64,000 nt of DNA from Massalongia carnosa (lineage: Eukaryota): NCBI GenBank assembly GCA_965645245.1, contig OZ287078.1, positions 1,984,001 to 2,048,000 on the forward strand, written 5' to 3'. The notes beneath the pieces were generated by a model. The model worked only from the letters and a program-made list of their open reading frames with translations, searched no databases and was not told the origin of the DNA. Below are positions 1 to 12,906 of this stretch, in pieces. How positions within the stretch are numbered: position 1 is the first letter of the stretch; every line of letters begins with the position of its first letter. A program made the position numbers and the translations under genes.

Positions 1-137
1 TAGACCCGATGAACTAGACAGTGTATCTCCACACGTTCGACGAACATTCTCTCTCTTTAACCGTTTTGGCTCAATAGATGATAGACTGGCCATGATCGAG
101 GGCAGATCGTGGTGTCGTATAAATGAAGATGTGAAAA

Positions 138-341
138 TGTGGCCATTCCGAATGAATGGGCTTTTTCGATGAGGTGAGAGGCTTCCGCCTGGGGGGTGTG
201 GCCATTCCGACTGAATGGACTTTTTCGATGAGGTGAAAGGCTTCCGCCTGGGGGGTGTGGCCATTCCGACTGAATGGACTTTTTCGATGAGGTGAAAGGC
301 TTCCGCCTGAGGGGTGTGGCCATTCCGAATGAATGGGCTTT
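138..341. repeat. 59-bp tandem repeat, ~3.5 copies
   Basis: Unit TGTGGCCATTCCGA(A/C)TGAATGG...GGCTTCCGCCTGGGGGG starts at 138, 197, 256 and 315. Confidence 0.95.
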
Positions 342-2173
342 GTATGCCTTCGAAGTGATGAATGATCAGTAGAGACGTTGATCATTCAAACGGCCACCAA
401 GGTGGGCTTCAGCGTTGGCGATGATCAGATATTGGCCACCTCCGAGGAGGTGTTGATAGCCTGCACCACGTAGAGGTTTCTGACCTAGCAGGCCAATATT
501 GAGTTTAAAACATGCTTCAAATTTTCAGATCAACTACTTCATACATACATCTGACTTCGAAATCAATTGTAGAAATCATCGTGCATCGGGAAATCGGGAG
601 ATGACTAATAGATCTTGATGATTAAATATTCGACTTTTTGGTTTCTTTAGTCTTTATTCGTCAACCTTTAGTCAGTTGCCTTTATCTATTGTACGTCTTT
701 TCGTCATATTAGTCAGTGCAACCTGCATCTCAACAAATAATCGTCGCTCTGTCTCTACTTCTCGTCTCGATAAGCTTTATTATTCTCTGTACCTTGACCT
801 TTTAATAATTCAGTCGTATATTATCCACTCTATCCTATCTTTACGTCCTCTTTATCCGTCGCAGAGTAATTTTAGTTGTTCAGCTGCTCTCTTTACATGT
901 CACATCGTCATACATTGGCTTCGTTGCAGCTTTTGTATCTTGCGTATAACATATCTTTATAATGCGCAACCCACCCTGCATGTCTCATCGAAGATAATGT
1001 TACGCACATTCAGTTCTCGAAGATCAACAGTATTCTACATCATTACGTGGTTGTGATTCTCATTATTCTTTGAATTGATGATTATCTGTTACTTGATGAC
1101 GAGAAAGCCTGCTTAATGCCTACAGAGCCCAGATCTTAGAAGACCAACTACTACCGCGACGACATATTAAGCTCATCTGTTCTGGAACAACAGTCCCTCT
1201 TAGACGGAAGCTCTTCCTTATCCTATCAAAAAGCGCATGCGTTTAGGAAACCAATTCTCTTCAATCCTAACATAACACAACAGGTTACGTGTGACGAAGC
1301 GAGATAGTGAATAGATTTCTACCATTGCGCCACCTATCCTCCCGACCAAAAGGCACAATACTTAGTCCGCAGATCAAGCTCTATTCTACTATAACTGGGA
1401 CTCCTGCTATGTTCGCTGTAGGTCCTGCCGTCGAGACCACACATGGTCGAACCGTTACATTACATTATAATCCCTAACGTTAAGTTATAATCCCAAACAT
1501 AAGTTAAACACCCAATCCATCGAGTCTAAAGGGTTCAAGAGCACATGAAGGTCTAGATATATGGGACGTGCGATGGGGGTGCGCTCTGGGTCGCAATACA
1601 AATGGACTCGGTTGGTTATATTAACCTGACAAATAGAGTCCACTACTTGATTTGTTCATCGGGATATATGCCACAACATCCTTCGTATGGACGGTGCTCA
1701 AAGATAATATGGATGATCGTATCGATAGTGGACAAGAAGGTGGTTTGGATGATAGTCAAAAGTTGGTATGGACGGTAGTCTGGATGGTGGTCAAAAGGTA
1801 ATCTGGGTGGTGATCTGGATGGTAGATAAATGGTTGACGAAAGATGGTCTAGATGATGTTCAAAAGGTGGTATAAGAGGTGAACATTCAGTTCACGAAGA
1901 ATGTGGCGAAGGGCCGTTGCGGAGCGTCGATGAGCAGGTCTGGGGCAGGAATTAGGCTTTTCGGGGGTGCTTACTATATTCAGTACTATCGTCTCCGCAA
2001 AGAACACTGTTGTCCTCTGCTATGTCCGCCGTCTTCAACGCTTCAGGTCTGAAAGTGCCACGAACTCGTTGCCGCTTCCATGATACCTGGTAACTATTGT
2101 TACAGGTTAACGGATATCATTGTATGTTAACCGTTGCTAAAGATTGCTAATCACAAGGATTAGACATCAACTT

Positions 2174-2365
2174 TGCTGTTAGATGCTGTCCACTGCTGTT
2201 AGATGCTTCCAGCTATTGTTAGATGACGCGCTTTGCTATTAGATAATAGAGACTTCTGTTAGATGACACCCTTCGCTGTTAGATGCTGTCAGCTGTTATA
2301 AGATGTTTCTAACGCTTGATAGATGACACGTTTTGCTGTTAGATGTTGGGTTCCCTTATTAGATG
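2174..2365 (+). repeat. 20-bp-periodic array of (CTG)TTAGATG motif with variable spacers, 10 units
   Basis: AGAT(G) falls at 2181, 2201, 2221 ... 2361, exactly every 20 bp; intervening ~10 bp differ between units. Confidence 0.85.
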
Positions 2366-2408
2366 AATGACAGCAGTTTTGCAAGATTAGCATGTCCTTA
2401 TCGATGTT

Positions 2409-5400
2409 TTATTTTCGATTTGATTGGTTTGATATCTGCTTTTCCGCCGTATCTGCTGCCCGGATCCCTTTGGCCAGAAATTCCTCGTCGTATAACGTGT
2501 TGAATTGATCCCAGTCTATGTAATTGTTGACGTAAAACACGTCTGAGTTGATTCCCGATGGTATCAAATGTGCGCTACGCATTATCATAGATAGATCGTA
2601 GAATCGTCTACCATTCAGATTTCGGGGGGATTTTGCGTGTGTTCTGGGCCAAGTCTTCATTTCTATCATTCCATGTATTTCGTTCGGTTGACCATTGTTC
2701 CGAGGCCGTAAAAGATCAAGAAGCACACCAGAATACATCGGGTGTTTGCCTCGAGAGTCTCTTCTGGCATGATCAACAATGCTAACAATCAATTGAACAT
2801 GTCCTATCAATCTTCCCTCTAGAGCTCTAGAATTGCCAGTTCCGTGGCACTCTCCTGCAGAATTTTCCTGAACCCATACGTAATCTCGTCTCCAGTTTCT
2901 ACTCCTCATCCAGCTTGGTGCGCAACGTATGATTTCGGACTTGAGCGCCTCCAGGTCCGATGAATCCTTGCCATCCCGTATCCAGCATTTGATACCTTTA
3001 TGTATCGAAATCAAATGTGAGCCCGCCCAAGAAGAATCCGTCTCTCGTCGATATAAATTAGCATTGCTAGTTCGTACACCCTCCAACTTGTATCGGCTTT
3101 CTCTGATGAATACTGCCAAGGCGTCGAGGAAATTGTGAAGATGAAGCACGTCCGCAACACGAAAAGCTTCTCGCCATGTTTTGTAACTTCGTCCGACCGC
3201 TTGCAGTTGATCCATTTCTTCCTCATCCCACGACCAGTCTAGTGACGAAAGATCGAGGGCTCGAGTAAGCGAGGACACTTGCACTGTCATCTCTTTATCT
3301 ACTTGATTTCCCTTTCTGCTCTGCCTGTAAAGCTCAATGTCTTTCATTGCCAGGGAGTTGAGACGTCGCGTGTTGTGTTGTGCTATTTGATCTAAATAAC
3401 CGTCTTTCTTGTTGGTCCTATCGAAAAAAGCTTTAACTAGATATCGATGAGCAGCTTCGCTGTGAGAAGTATCCATCCCATCTGCGCTGCCGAATTGTTT
3501 GATATGCTCCACATAATGTGTCATGACATGCCACTTAGGAAAATTAAAGGTGGGTTGACCGGTTTCGTTGTCTTTGGGTCGACTTTTTCCAAACACCCTT
3601 TTGAGCTTGTCGATACGATACAACGCATGTTCTAGATAACGGAGGGTTTCTTCGTCATGCGAACGATACTGTGCCATTGTGGCGAAATCACAGATGGCTC
3701 GAACGCAAAGCATAGCAGCAGGACATTTGCCAGTCAGAAATGGAGCCACAACAGGAACGAATATTCTTAGTATATCCTTTTGTTCGTTCCCCGACCATTG
3801 TGTTATCTTACTGAACTTCGAGAAATGTTGAAGATCAGAAATCGAAGGCACAGCGTCAAATCGATGGTCGAGCTGTGCAGCAATGGGCGCTTCCTCAATC
3901 AAAGCCTCGTCAAATCTTCGTTTTCTTTTGATTGGCGTTATATCATCAATAAGGATCTGAGTCCATTCTATCATATTCATTATAATGCCCTTCAGCAGTT
4001 GATGAAGTATATCAACTATCATTACACCGTGTATGTTGACCAATTGATGTTTCCAAGCAAAATTGATCACTGGATGTACCCAGGCTTCATTTGCCTTTGG
4101 AATTACTTGTCTCTCTTGTTTGGCGATTTGAGATCGAGTTGTTTCATGTGTGCGTGGATCCTATTTTCCTAGTAAATTTTCTCGTTCGTTTGAGGGAACC
4201 TGGCAAATGCTACAATGACGCTGAGATTTTATCCCCGTAATCAAAACCTGCTCTTCGTAGTCCACAGTGAAGCCGGCGATAATAGGATAACATCGTCGCA
4301 CATGTCCATCGGCACAAGTCAAAAGGATACCGTTTTTTGAATGTTGTTTGATAGCTAGCACGGCATTCAAGTCATGGTTAGTTATCGTTATAATAAGCAG
4401 GGAGTGAAACTCACGTCTGAGCATCATTTTCATTGCAAGATGATAGACCTGAGCTTTCAGTTCGTCTCCCTTCTCCTTCTCCTTGACAATAGGGATAAAA
4501 CCTAACAAAACGATACCCGGTCTATTGGGCTGGCGTCGAGTCTTTCGATCCAAGTTTCCAATCGTAAGATAAACAGGCCACGCCGACTGATCTCCATGAT
4601 GCTGGGCGAGTCTTGTTTTGTCTGTAGCTAAGAGAAGTGGCATAACTGTTGCATTTTCAGGAAGCTGTTCTTGAATTGACCACCACCAGTCACCTGTTGC
4701 CATTTCACTGAACATACGTAGATCTGCGCTATTATACTGACGGATGGGTGCGTAAGTAAGATTGTCGGCAAATGGGGGATGACCTATCAAGAACTATAGA
4801 GCACCGATAACATTTCTGTATTTAATAGAATACTGGACAGGTTTCTGATCAACATATATCGGGTTCACCTGAAAAACATCGGTTCTCCATTCATCGTTCA
4901 ATATACCATGAGGTATTTTATGTAGTAGAGTAATCCACTCGTCAGCATTCTTAAAACTTGAGTGGGAATGCAATGGCCTTAGACGATGATCCTTGAAGTA
5001 CTTATCTATCTCCCCTTTGGTGTTTTCGGCCTCCAGAAACCACATAGCCAGAGCATAGTCCGTCTCGTTTGCAAAGGGTTGATAGAGTACATCTGAAATG
5101 TCATTATAACCTTCAGTTGTCTTATAAGCAGTTGTCTCCACTGGTTCACCTGCAGTCCTCTTGTTTAATTCTTGATAAGTTTCTATTCGTATCGACGAAG
5201 ACGTGGAAAGTATACCGAAGCCATACGGGAAAGGCTTAACGAAATTATCATTGAATCCAACGATTAGGGACGTATCCTGAAACTCATATTCGCCAGCGTC
5301 AGCACTACTCTCAACATTTTTATCATGCATATTTCTTGACTCGGCAAGGACATGCTCGCCCTCGCAAACGATAGAAGAAAATGGGAGACTTAGGGGCAAA

Positions 5401-5462
5401 TCCTCCTTGATAACTATATTTTCCTCGCGTAGCCTGATCCGTCGTTTAGTACCGAAACGCAC
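2409..5462 (-). pseudogene. Plavaka-type (CACTA/EnSpm-related) transposase with two in-frame stops and one intron
   Basis: Motifs HPPFADNLTYAP, SEMATGDWWW, LLLATDKT, AWPVYLTIGNL, DILHQLLKG, FNFPKWHVMTHY, FGSADG. Three ORFs share one frame, separated by single TAG codons (4794-96, 4161-63). A 60-nt GTGAGT..CTAAC..TAG intron lies at 4355-4414. Confidence 0.85.
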
Positions 5463-6022
5463 AGAGCAATGTTTTGATATGCTGCTCGAGTCCTCTGGAA
5501 GATTTTGTCCTTTTGCCGCAATAGCCGCAATCTCGATCCATATTGAAAGCTTGAGGAGTTTTCACTTTCCGCGACCCGTCAGAAATCAGATAAACGTAAA
5601 CAGATCCCCTGCATTAGCAAAACATGCTTGCTAACTGAATCACGTTAAATCCCGTTAAACTGTTAGCTACTCTGCAAGCCACCTTCGAAACCTTAAATAA
5701 TCAACTATCTGGGGTCGGTTACTCTGTAGTTAGCTTAACTGTAAGAATGCGGCTCTGTGATAACTCTGGTCGGCTCTGCGATATATTAAATGGTAGTTAA
5801 CGAAGAGTAATAATCTGTGAAATTGCCAGAAGAATATGTTCAGGAGCTAGTATAGGAATTTAATAATCTCAAACCAATAATCACTGCTGTAAAGTGATAA
5901 TTCTATCAATATTGCCCTTCCAATCTCTTAAGCTTAGGGTTATTTTAAAGAATATACATGTTTTTGTAAGAACAAGCAATAAAATACGATCTAACAATTT
6001 GTGAACTGCTAACAGAAACTAC

Positions 6023-7800
6023 TTGGAGGGATGCATGTATTTTTGGAAACGTTCCAGTTCACAAAAAAATGCCAGTGATCGAATTGCAGTTCCTGGCATG
6101 AAACATCAAATATTGCTCGTTCAAGGATTTGCTGTATACTGGATGCTGGCAACGGAGAATTCTGACACAGGAGGAAGTTTTTTGGCAGATGAAATGGGCC
6201 TGGGGAAGGTAATACTTTCTACGTGGAATATTTATTATGTACGTCAGGATAACATATTACTTACAGACAACGATTTTATTGTTTTTAATCGCCATGTCAA
6301 GATGGATTGGTATTGCTCACAGCGAGGTTACAGTAGCGCGAGAAAAGAGTGATTATTCTCGTCATCTCCGTGCAGGAACCAAGGAGAGTCCTCAGACCGC
6401 AGATGTGAGATGTCCTACCGAGCCTTATCCTATGTGCTGTCCTTGCGTAGATCGTTCACCATCTGCCAAACTCATTACCTTACCTGGTCCTTCATTAGTT
6501 TTCGCAGTAAAGAATCTATTACAGAATTGGAAGAATGAGTGGGAGAAGTCAGTGGACACTCAACGCTCCTCTTTGATGGATCTTCAGTTGTTTATAGCAC
6601 ATCGAGATGAAAAGACTCTGCAACTACAATACCACCATCGACTCAGTCTACATACGAACTCCGACGATCAGCCAATCTCCGGTTAGGAGCGATATGTGGT
6701 GCTAACTACTACGGGCTCTTACCAGGGTCAAGTACAAACACTACTCCGGAAGCTAATTCCACGTAAAGAACGAGCCCCTCAACTAGTTAAGGATGGCGTC
6801 CAATGGGGGCGCATCATTGTAGATGAGATCCATAAGCAAAAGAGTGTCTCCGCTACACTTCCCAGCCTATTGCATATCCTCGCGGAAAAGTACTTCAAAC
6901 ATCGACATCTCTCCTATGGATATGGCCGGCTATTTGCGAGCATTGGCTACCGAAAGCTGGGAAGCAGACTCAGTGCTACAGCATGGAACTAGAGCGGGAT
7001 TAGAAAGCATTGGAAAAACCTTTCACGTATTGATAAAAAATTAAGCCGGTAACATAGAAGATAAAAAGAAGGTAACGGGAACTTTCAGAGCGCTGCTACA
7101 GCGGATTATGATTCGCCGGACTAGTCAGAGTCGTTGGTTCGACGACCAGCCATTGATAGATATTCCCCCACATAGGCATCAAGAGGTGCCATGCCTCTTC
7201 AAGAAGAAATACGTCGCCGACATGAATGCGCTCATAGTCATAGCGGAGACAAAGCTCAAGGAAGATTGTGCAGCACGAAGGGCTGCATGGATCGATAGAG
7301 GTCGGATAGGAGAGGCACCAAAGCGTTCTTTTGTGCGTTTTTCTTGGCGGCGTACAAGTTACGAGTCGCCGCGACCTTTTCATTCTTGGCCAAGCTGTAC
7401 AAGAATTACAATTCTAAACCCATCGAAATAACAAAAAAAGAGTGACATATCAAGCCAGATCCAGAGTTTAATCCATATGTGCAGCATCTTGGGGAGACCA
7501 TAGAATCGAGCTTTGACTAGAATGAGCTGATGTATTCGTTAGGTCAGGAGCATAACGAAACGAGAAAATCTATTGACTATGTTATCTTCCTTAGCCGGAT
7601 GTCATGTTGCATTTGTGGTGCGTCATCACATCCTATACTACTCTCATTATCGATTCAATGAAATAATTTAACCTACTGCATAGAACAGATACTAAAACAT
7701 AGAATGAATACCGACGTTCAAAATAACAGTCGCAGCGCTCACGATACTGGAGGACTACGAACTATCTACATATTACTCGGGATCACGGGCATTGGAGACT
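6023..7800 (+). pseudogene. Degenerate SNF2-family helicase/ATPase
   Basis: GGSFLADEMGLGK (motif I) followed by an intron, WGRIIVDEIH (motif II) and MIRRT..W..LIDIPP; broken by stops and frameshifts; boundaries approximate. Confidence 0.75.
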
Positions 7801-7882
7801 TTATCGTTTGAGACTTTTGAGGTTTGACATACTGAACCTTTTACAGAGATGATCTACGGTAAGCTAACACTAACTAATCCTA

Positions 7883-7956
7883 ATCTAACAGCTAACAGGA
7901 TTTTCCTGATCTAACAGGGTTTTCATGATCTAACAGGGGCTGTTTTAATCTAACAG
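7883..7956 (-). repeat. Array of ATCTAACAG motifs (reverse complement of the 2174-2365 motif)
   Basis: ATCTAACAG at 7883, 7909, 7928 and 7948 (last three 19-20 bp apart). Confidence 0.7.
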
Positions 7957-8447
7957 GAACCGTTAGCATATCATAACAAAGTCAACGATCCTAACACGCT
8001 AGATTTGATTGCAATGGCAAACTTGTTCCTTTTACTTTTCGCGTCGATCTCTTCTACTTTGCTCGTTTCCCAAACCCACAGGTATTGCATATTCCTTGTT
8101 GCTTCTTTTTTTTCACTATGTCAACATCAAAGGCAACCACTACTAACAACCCACAAAGAATCACAATGGTACGAACCTCCCCAGGATGTATAGAAACCAA
8201 CGCGTATCGGCTGACTTTGCTTTTCCTTCGAGAACTCTCAGGATTTTGATGATTCGCCTTCCGAGGAAGACTTGCCTACCATTGGCACAACTAAAACCCT
8301 CTCGTGCACAATTTGATGGAAATAATACTTACGGAGACAACAAACGCTCACATCGCCTGCCTTGTGTGGACGAGTTGGCTGAATCTAGTACTGGCAACGA
8401 CTCAAGCGATGCGAGTTTCCAGCCGAGTGTGAATAGTACAGTCATGA

Positions 8448-8933
8448 ATGCATGTATCGGGTTCTGACTTAGAACAGAAAACGCCGATAACTAAGTATGT
8501 GGCGAGGACATTACGGGCCGGTGCAGGCCGCGGTATTCAATACGGCCGCGGTATTCAATACAGCTCAAGTTCTCCATCTCGAAGGAGCTCCTTACGAAGG
8601 GAAACGTTCCCCTCGTCTCCACCGAGAAACCCTTCCCGCGCGCTGGATAATATCTTGTCACCTTCACAAATACGCACTCGTCGGGGTTTGCCTGCAACAC
8701 TCTCCTCGCAAACTCTCGAGATCTCAAAGGTCCTCCCGATCAAGTTTACTTCCGGCACAAGGGCTGGCATAACGGAGGACGAGACAGTCTCCGAAATCAA
8801 AAAAATAGATGCTTATCGTTTACTCTGGGGTGACATATCAAGGCGAACCAAATTCAACTCTAGCCCTGCTCATCAACCAATACTACGTGCCATGATTCCT
8901 TTTTTCAACGCTCTGATAACATCCGGACACTAA
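8448..8933 (+). CDS. Hypothetical S/R/P-rich ORF, possibly an exon of a transposon-borne gene
   Basis: 161-codon ORF with an internal 18-bp duplication (GGCCGCGGTATTCAATAC x2); no recognised domain. Confidence 0.25.
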   Translation: MHVSGSDLEQKTPITKYVARTLRAGAGRGIQYGRGIQYSSSSPSRRSSLRRETFPSSPPRNPSRALDNILSPSQIRTRRGLPATLSSQTLEISKVLPIKFTSGTRAGITEDETVSEIKKIDAYRLLWGDISRRTKFNSSPAHQPILRAMIPFFNALITSGH

Positions 8934-9003
8934 GCATGTGATTTGGGTAACCTAATGAAAATCTAACCCGAACCTAACCCAACCCATCCCATTCCGCGGC
9001 GTA

Positions 9004-10241
9004 CTCCACATACTACCCATATGTTGCAACCTCTGGACGTGAGTGTTTTTGGGCCCTTATCACGGGAGTACAAAAAACAATTGGAGGTCGTCACCCGATT
9101 CAACGTCTGTTCAGTGGACAAGGTGGATTTTCTGAAGATCATTCAAAAAGCAAGAAAAGAAGCAATCAACACAAAAATCGTGCTGACTGAATGGAGAGCA
9201 ACCGGACTAGTACCATACAATCCGTCATCAGTTCTTCAAAAAGTCACTAATAAACAATCGGTGTTGCGAAAGACTGATAGCATCATCATCACCACTACCA
9301 CCACCACCACCACCACCAACACTACTACTATCACCACCACGAATATCACCTCCTCTCATCCTAACACTCCGAAAACCCTTCAAAACTCTCACGAAATTGA
9401 AAAGACACCTGCAAATATCGATCAAATAAATCAACTGATTCGTCGAATTCGAAATGATAAAGAATCAGACTCGACTCCCGTTTGAGCGCTAAATAAATTG
9501 ATAAAAGGCGCTAAATATGCCTTCGCAGACTCTACCTTGCTACGTATCACCAACAACGAGCTTCTTCAGGCCAATGTACGGCGCCATCATCGAGCCAATC
9601 GTAGCGGGGCTCACTATGGAGGAAAGGCTCGAGTTCTAAGCCTTGAAGACGTTCAACAAAGACAGCAATGGGCCAAAGATAAACAAAAGGTGAAAGACGA
9701 AAAAAAGAAGGCCGCTCAGCTAAAACGAGCTGAGCAGGACCTTATCAAAACTTTCAGGGAAATGTGTCGATTTGGACCTGATTTACTAGGACAAACGTCT
9801 ACTGCATCTTCGACGAAAAGTCCTCAGAAAAGTCCTCAGAAAGCACCTGATAGTTCACAAAGTAAGCCTATTTGTTCTTTTCAAAGACGATTACTACCTC
9901 CTCCCGTGCTTCAACCAATGACAGAAGAGGTAGAGGGGGTGGAGGAGGTGAAGGTGAGTGGGGGGGTAGAGGTAGAGGTGGAGGTGGTGGAGGAGGTGAA
10001 GAAGGTTCAAACTACCAGACGGGGTCGTATTGTACGTCAACCACGTAAAATGTGATTAAGTTACATTCAGACAAAATATCAATTTCACGTCTAATAGACA
10101 TTGAAGCCGAATTTGTATGTAAAACGGGTGAGAGGGAGGCTGTAGAAATTAAGCGAAATTTAGTTAGTCCCGTTGCCCAGTTTGTCCCGTTGCCCAGTTT
10201 GTCCCGTTGCCCAGTTTGTCCCGTTGCCCAGTGAGTTACGT
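9004..10241 (+). mobile_element. 5'-truncated Fot1/pogo-like DNA transposon (3' half plus TIR)
   Basis: LQPLDVSVFGPL DDE C-terminal part; near-identical to the element at 40672-43050; ends ...CAGTGAGTTACGT|TA with four 17-bp CCCGTTGCCCAGTTTGT repeats; stop at 9483-85. Confidence 0.9.
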
Positions 10242-10243
10242 TA

Positions 10244-10694
10244 TCGTATTTAGCAGAGTTTTTCTGTTGTCGTTGAGTTTGCAAAACATGATCACATGTT
10301 TTGCAGTCTGTTTGTGCCAGCCACATGAGCAGTTCGGGGACGAGACGTCTGGGACTCGGTGTCTATGTAGGAAGGCGGCTAGGCCTATCTTTTCTGAGCG
10401 TATCTGAATGGCTAGCGCGCTCTCCGCTTTGGCTAGAGTTTCGTGCAATTTGATGCGTTTTTTGGAGAGTGAACCTGATTGTGCCGGGGTGGGAACGGGT
10501 GTGCGTTCCTGATATGATCTCCACGAAGCCTGCCATGCAACTGTGTGTCGTTTTTTGATTTGAGCAGTTATTTTGTTATGAGCGGCGCGTGCCTCCCCTA
10601 TTTCTCGGGCGAGATTCGGGGGGGATTCGGCCCATGGTGCATTTGGTGTCGGTGTTGGAGGGTTATGTGCCTCAATCGAAGCTGATATAATCAA
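10244..10694 (-). mobile_element. Tad1-like LINE ORF2 3' fragment
   Basis: LAKAESALAIQIRSEKIGLAAFL...CSCGWHKQTAKHVIMFC, the C-terminal zinc-binding region; homologous to the end of ORF2 near 39000-39140. Confidence 0.8.
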
Positions 10695-10962
10695 GAAAAA
10701 AAACTCGAAAGATAAATATTTAATTTAAAAAAGGAAAATTTATTTAATTTCTAAATCAAGTCATGCTTTACATACTTTTCTATTAATTAAGTAATCCGCG
10801 CTCCAAGTTTACCGAGGTCCCAGCTGCCTGACAACTAGAAAGAATGCTTCGCAAATGCATTTTCAACTGTGTCATAAACACGTACGAAAAGATCCATTAC
10901 TGAATTTTGGGATGGGTCCTACAAATATTAGGGCACTTTACTGTTACAAAAGTCACCATCGC

Positions 10963-12303
10963 TTACCAGCATTCCTTTCCGGGAGTATTAGGAACATATG
11001 GTTCGAAAGATTCTGCAAGGCGCAAGTCCCGCGCCACCTGCTCCTCGCCGTCTGGAAGATGATGTTCATGGCCCTGAAGAAACGTTTCTCGAACTAGTTG
11101 ATCGAGCCGCGGACGTCGGATAGTATCATATAGATCCATGGCGTTAGGTATTTGCTTTGTGGACGAAACATGGGAGAGCAGTGCGCCAAGGGTTGCACCG
11201 TCTTCGAGAGCGGAATTCGCACCCTGAGCCATGTAAGGGACATCGCGTGACAGGAGTCGTCTCTGCGATGTCGACAATCAGTTCTTGAAACTTCATTCCA
11301 TCCAATCTGTTGTAAGTCTGGGGCTGCTTACGCCATAACGAAAGATCCCGATGAAGTTTTCCACGACTTTAGCGTAGGGAGGTGGTAAAGCCGCCACTTT
11401 TCGACCTTGTTCGTACATTTCAGGAAACGAGTGAGTCTTACAGGCTAGTGAGCTCTATATTACATATCGACGTGATGCCACAACTCACATTGGGTCCCAC
11501 CCTTCGAACAGTTGCATCATTTCGTCCACGTTACCCTTGGCTTTTGCAGCATTTTCTGGCAAGTCAGCCGGAACGAGTAGAACTAAATTGAGCAAACGTC
11601 CACCTTGAATGCCATATGCAACCGCATGAGCGCTAGGTCCTGCCCAAATATGAATCCCGACTTTCCGAATCCATGCTTTCAGCTCATCATCCTGAATATT
11701 TTCGGGGTCGAGCACTATTCTGTAGGCTAAATCTCCAGTCAGTTTCGGTAAAACAGTCTGGCCCACCATTATGTTGCGCAAAGAAGACCAAAGTCCATCT
11801 GCGGCAAGCACAATATCACCCTTGACAATCTGTCCATTCTCCAAGACTACTGCGGCCTCTTCTAGATCCACGCTTCGAACCCTGGAGCTCAGTTGAAGGT
11901 CTGCTCCCAGTTCGACTGCTCTTTTCACCATTGCCTTTTGCAAATTCGCCCTGTGCAGACACCATATTGGCGATCCGTATCTGCCTTGAATTTCCGCATC
12001 ATAGTCACTTCGATGGGCTAATATGCGGCCATTGTAACGACGATAGAAAAATTCTTTCGGAGTAGTTGCATCCTGGGCCAGCATGTCGGTCACCCCCCAA
12101 CTCCTCAAAAGTCGTGTCCCGTTTGGAGTAAGCTGTAGCCCTGCACCAACTTCCTGGAGCTTGGATACAGCCTCGAGGATCGTGACTCGATGGCCAGCAA
12201 GTAATGTTGAAATGGCTGCTGCCAGTCCGCAAAGTCCAGCAACTACAATTATCAGATGGACGGGTTTGTCGGTGGCTGTCTTGCTGTTTGGAAGAGCAGA
12301 CAT
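10963..12303 (-). pseudogene. FAD-dependent monooxygenase (salicylate hydroxylase-like), probably inactivated
   Basis: EVGAGLQLTPNG, DIVLAADGLWS and PYMAQGANSALEDG motifs; introns from 11488 and ~11331; Rossmann motif degenerate (IVVAGLCGL); apparent 1-nt deletion between DSCHAM and PYMAQG near 11240. Confidence 0.7.
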
Positions 12304-12906
12304 CTTGATGCGCAGCGTTGAGAGGCTTGATTTCTTTGCCTTGGTTATCTAGTCAAGAATAGAAAGACTCTTTGTCTACAGTTGCTGTGCTTTAATTATG
12401 CTTTTCGGCCTAGAAGTAGTTATATCCAGGCACTGATTACCGCTTCGCTATTGGACCGGTAATTGGCGTGTGGTATCAAAAGGTAGTATAGTAGATAGAG
12501 GATAGAACGCTTGCTGTTGTTCTATATAGTGGGAATAGCTAGATTTATAGACAATGTACGGTATGCTAGTATTAGACTAGCGATACGTCTAGCCATTAGC
12601 GTGCGCCATACTCGTGCGGTAGAAGGTGAGTGCGGCTGAAATGAAGTAACCTGATTTGTACATTCTAACACTCCCACTCAGGCACTGAAATAGCACTCCC
12701 ACATGATAAAGAGAAATTCAATAACTCCCACATACTCCAGTATAATATCATGCTTCCCAGTGGATCACCTGCAGGTGAGTCAGTGTACTCCGCAGGCTAA
12801 TGCTGCTGGCGATGTACGAAAACACCCCCACAGGCTCAGCTGTGGGTGATACTTTTTTTTTTTTTTTGGGTTAAGGTCGAATTTTTTACGACAAAGGGCT
12901 TCTGGT

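Noticed and set aside
57..385. Repetitive ORFs on the minus strand
   Set aside because: By-products of the 59-bp tandem repeat, which is not a multiple of 3
676..1056. 126-aa hydrophobic ORF
   Set aside because: Non-ATG start, low-complexity T-rich sequence, no recognisable domain
1700..1880. Degenerate TGGATGGTGGTC-like repeats
   Set aside because: Too irregular to define a unit or assign a function by eye
2174..2365. CRISPR-like appearance (conserved motif plus variable spacer)
   Set aside because: Repeat is ~10 bp and spacer ~10 bp, context is eukaryotic and there are no cas genes; better explained as transposon subterminal motifs
8962..8992. Telomere-like CTAACCC tract
   Set aside because: Only two or three imperfect units; insufficient for an interstitial telomere call
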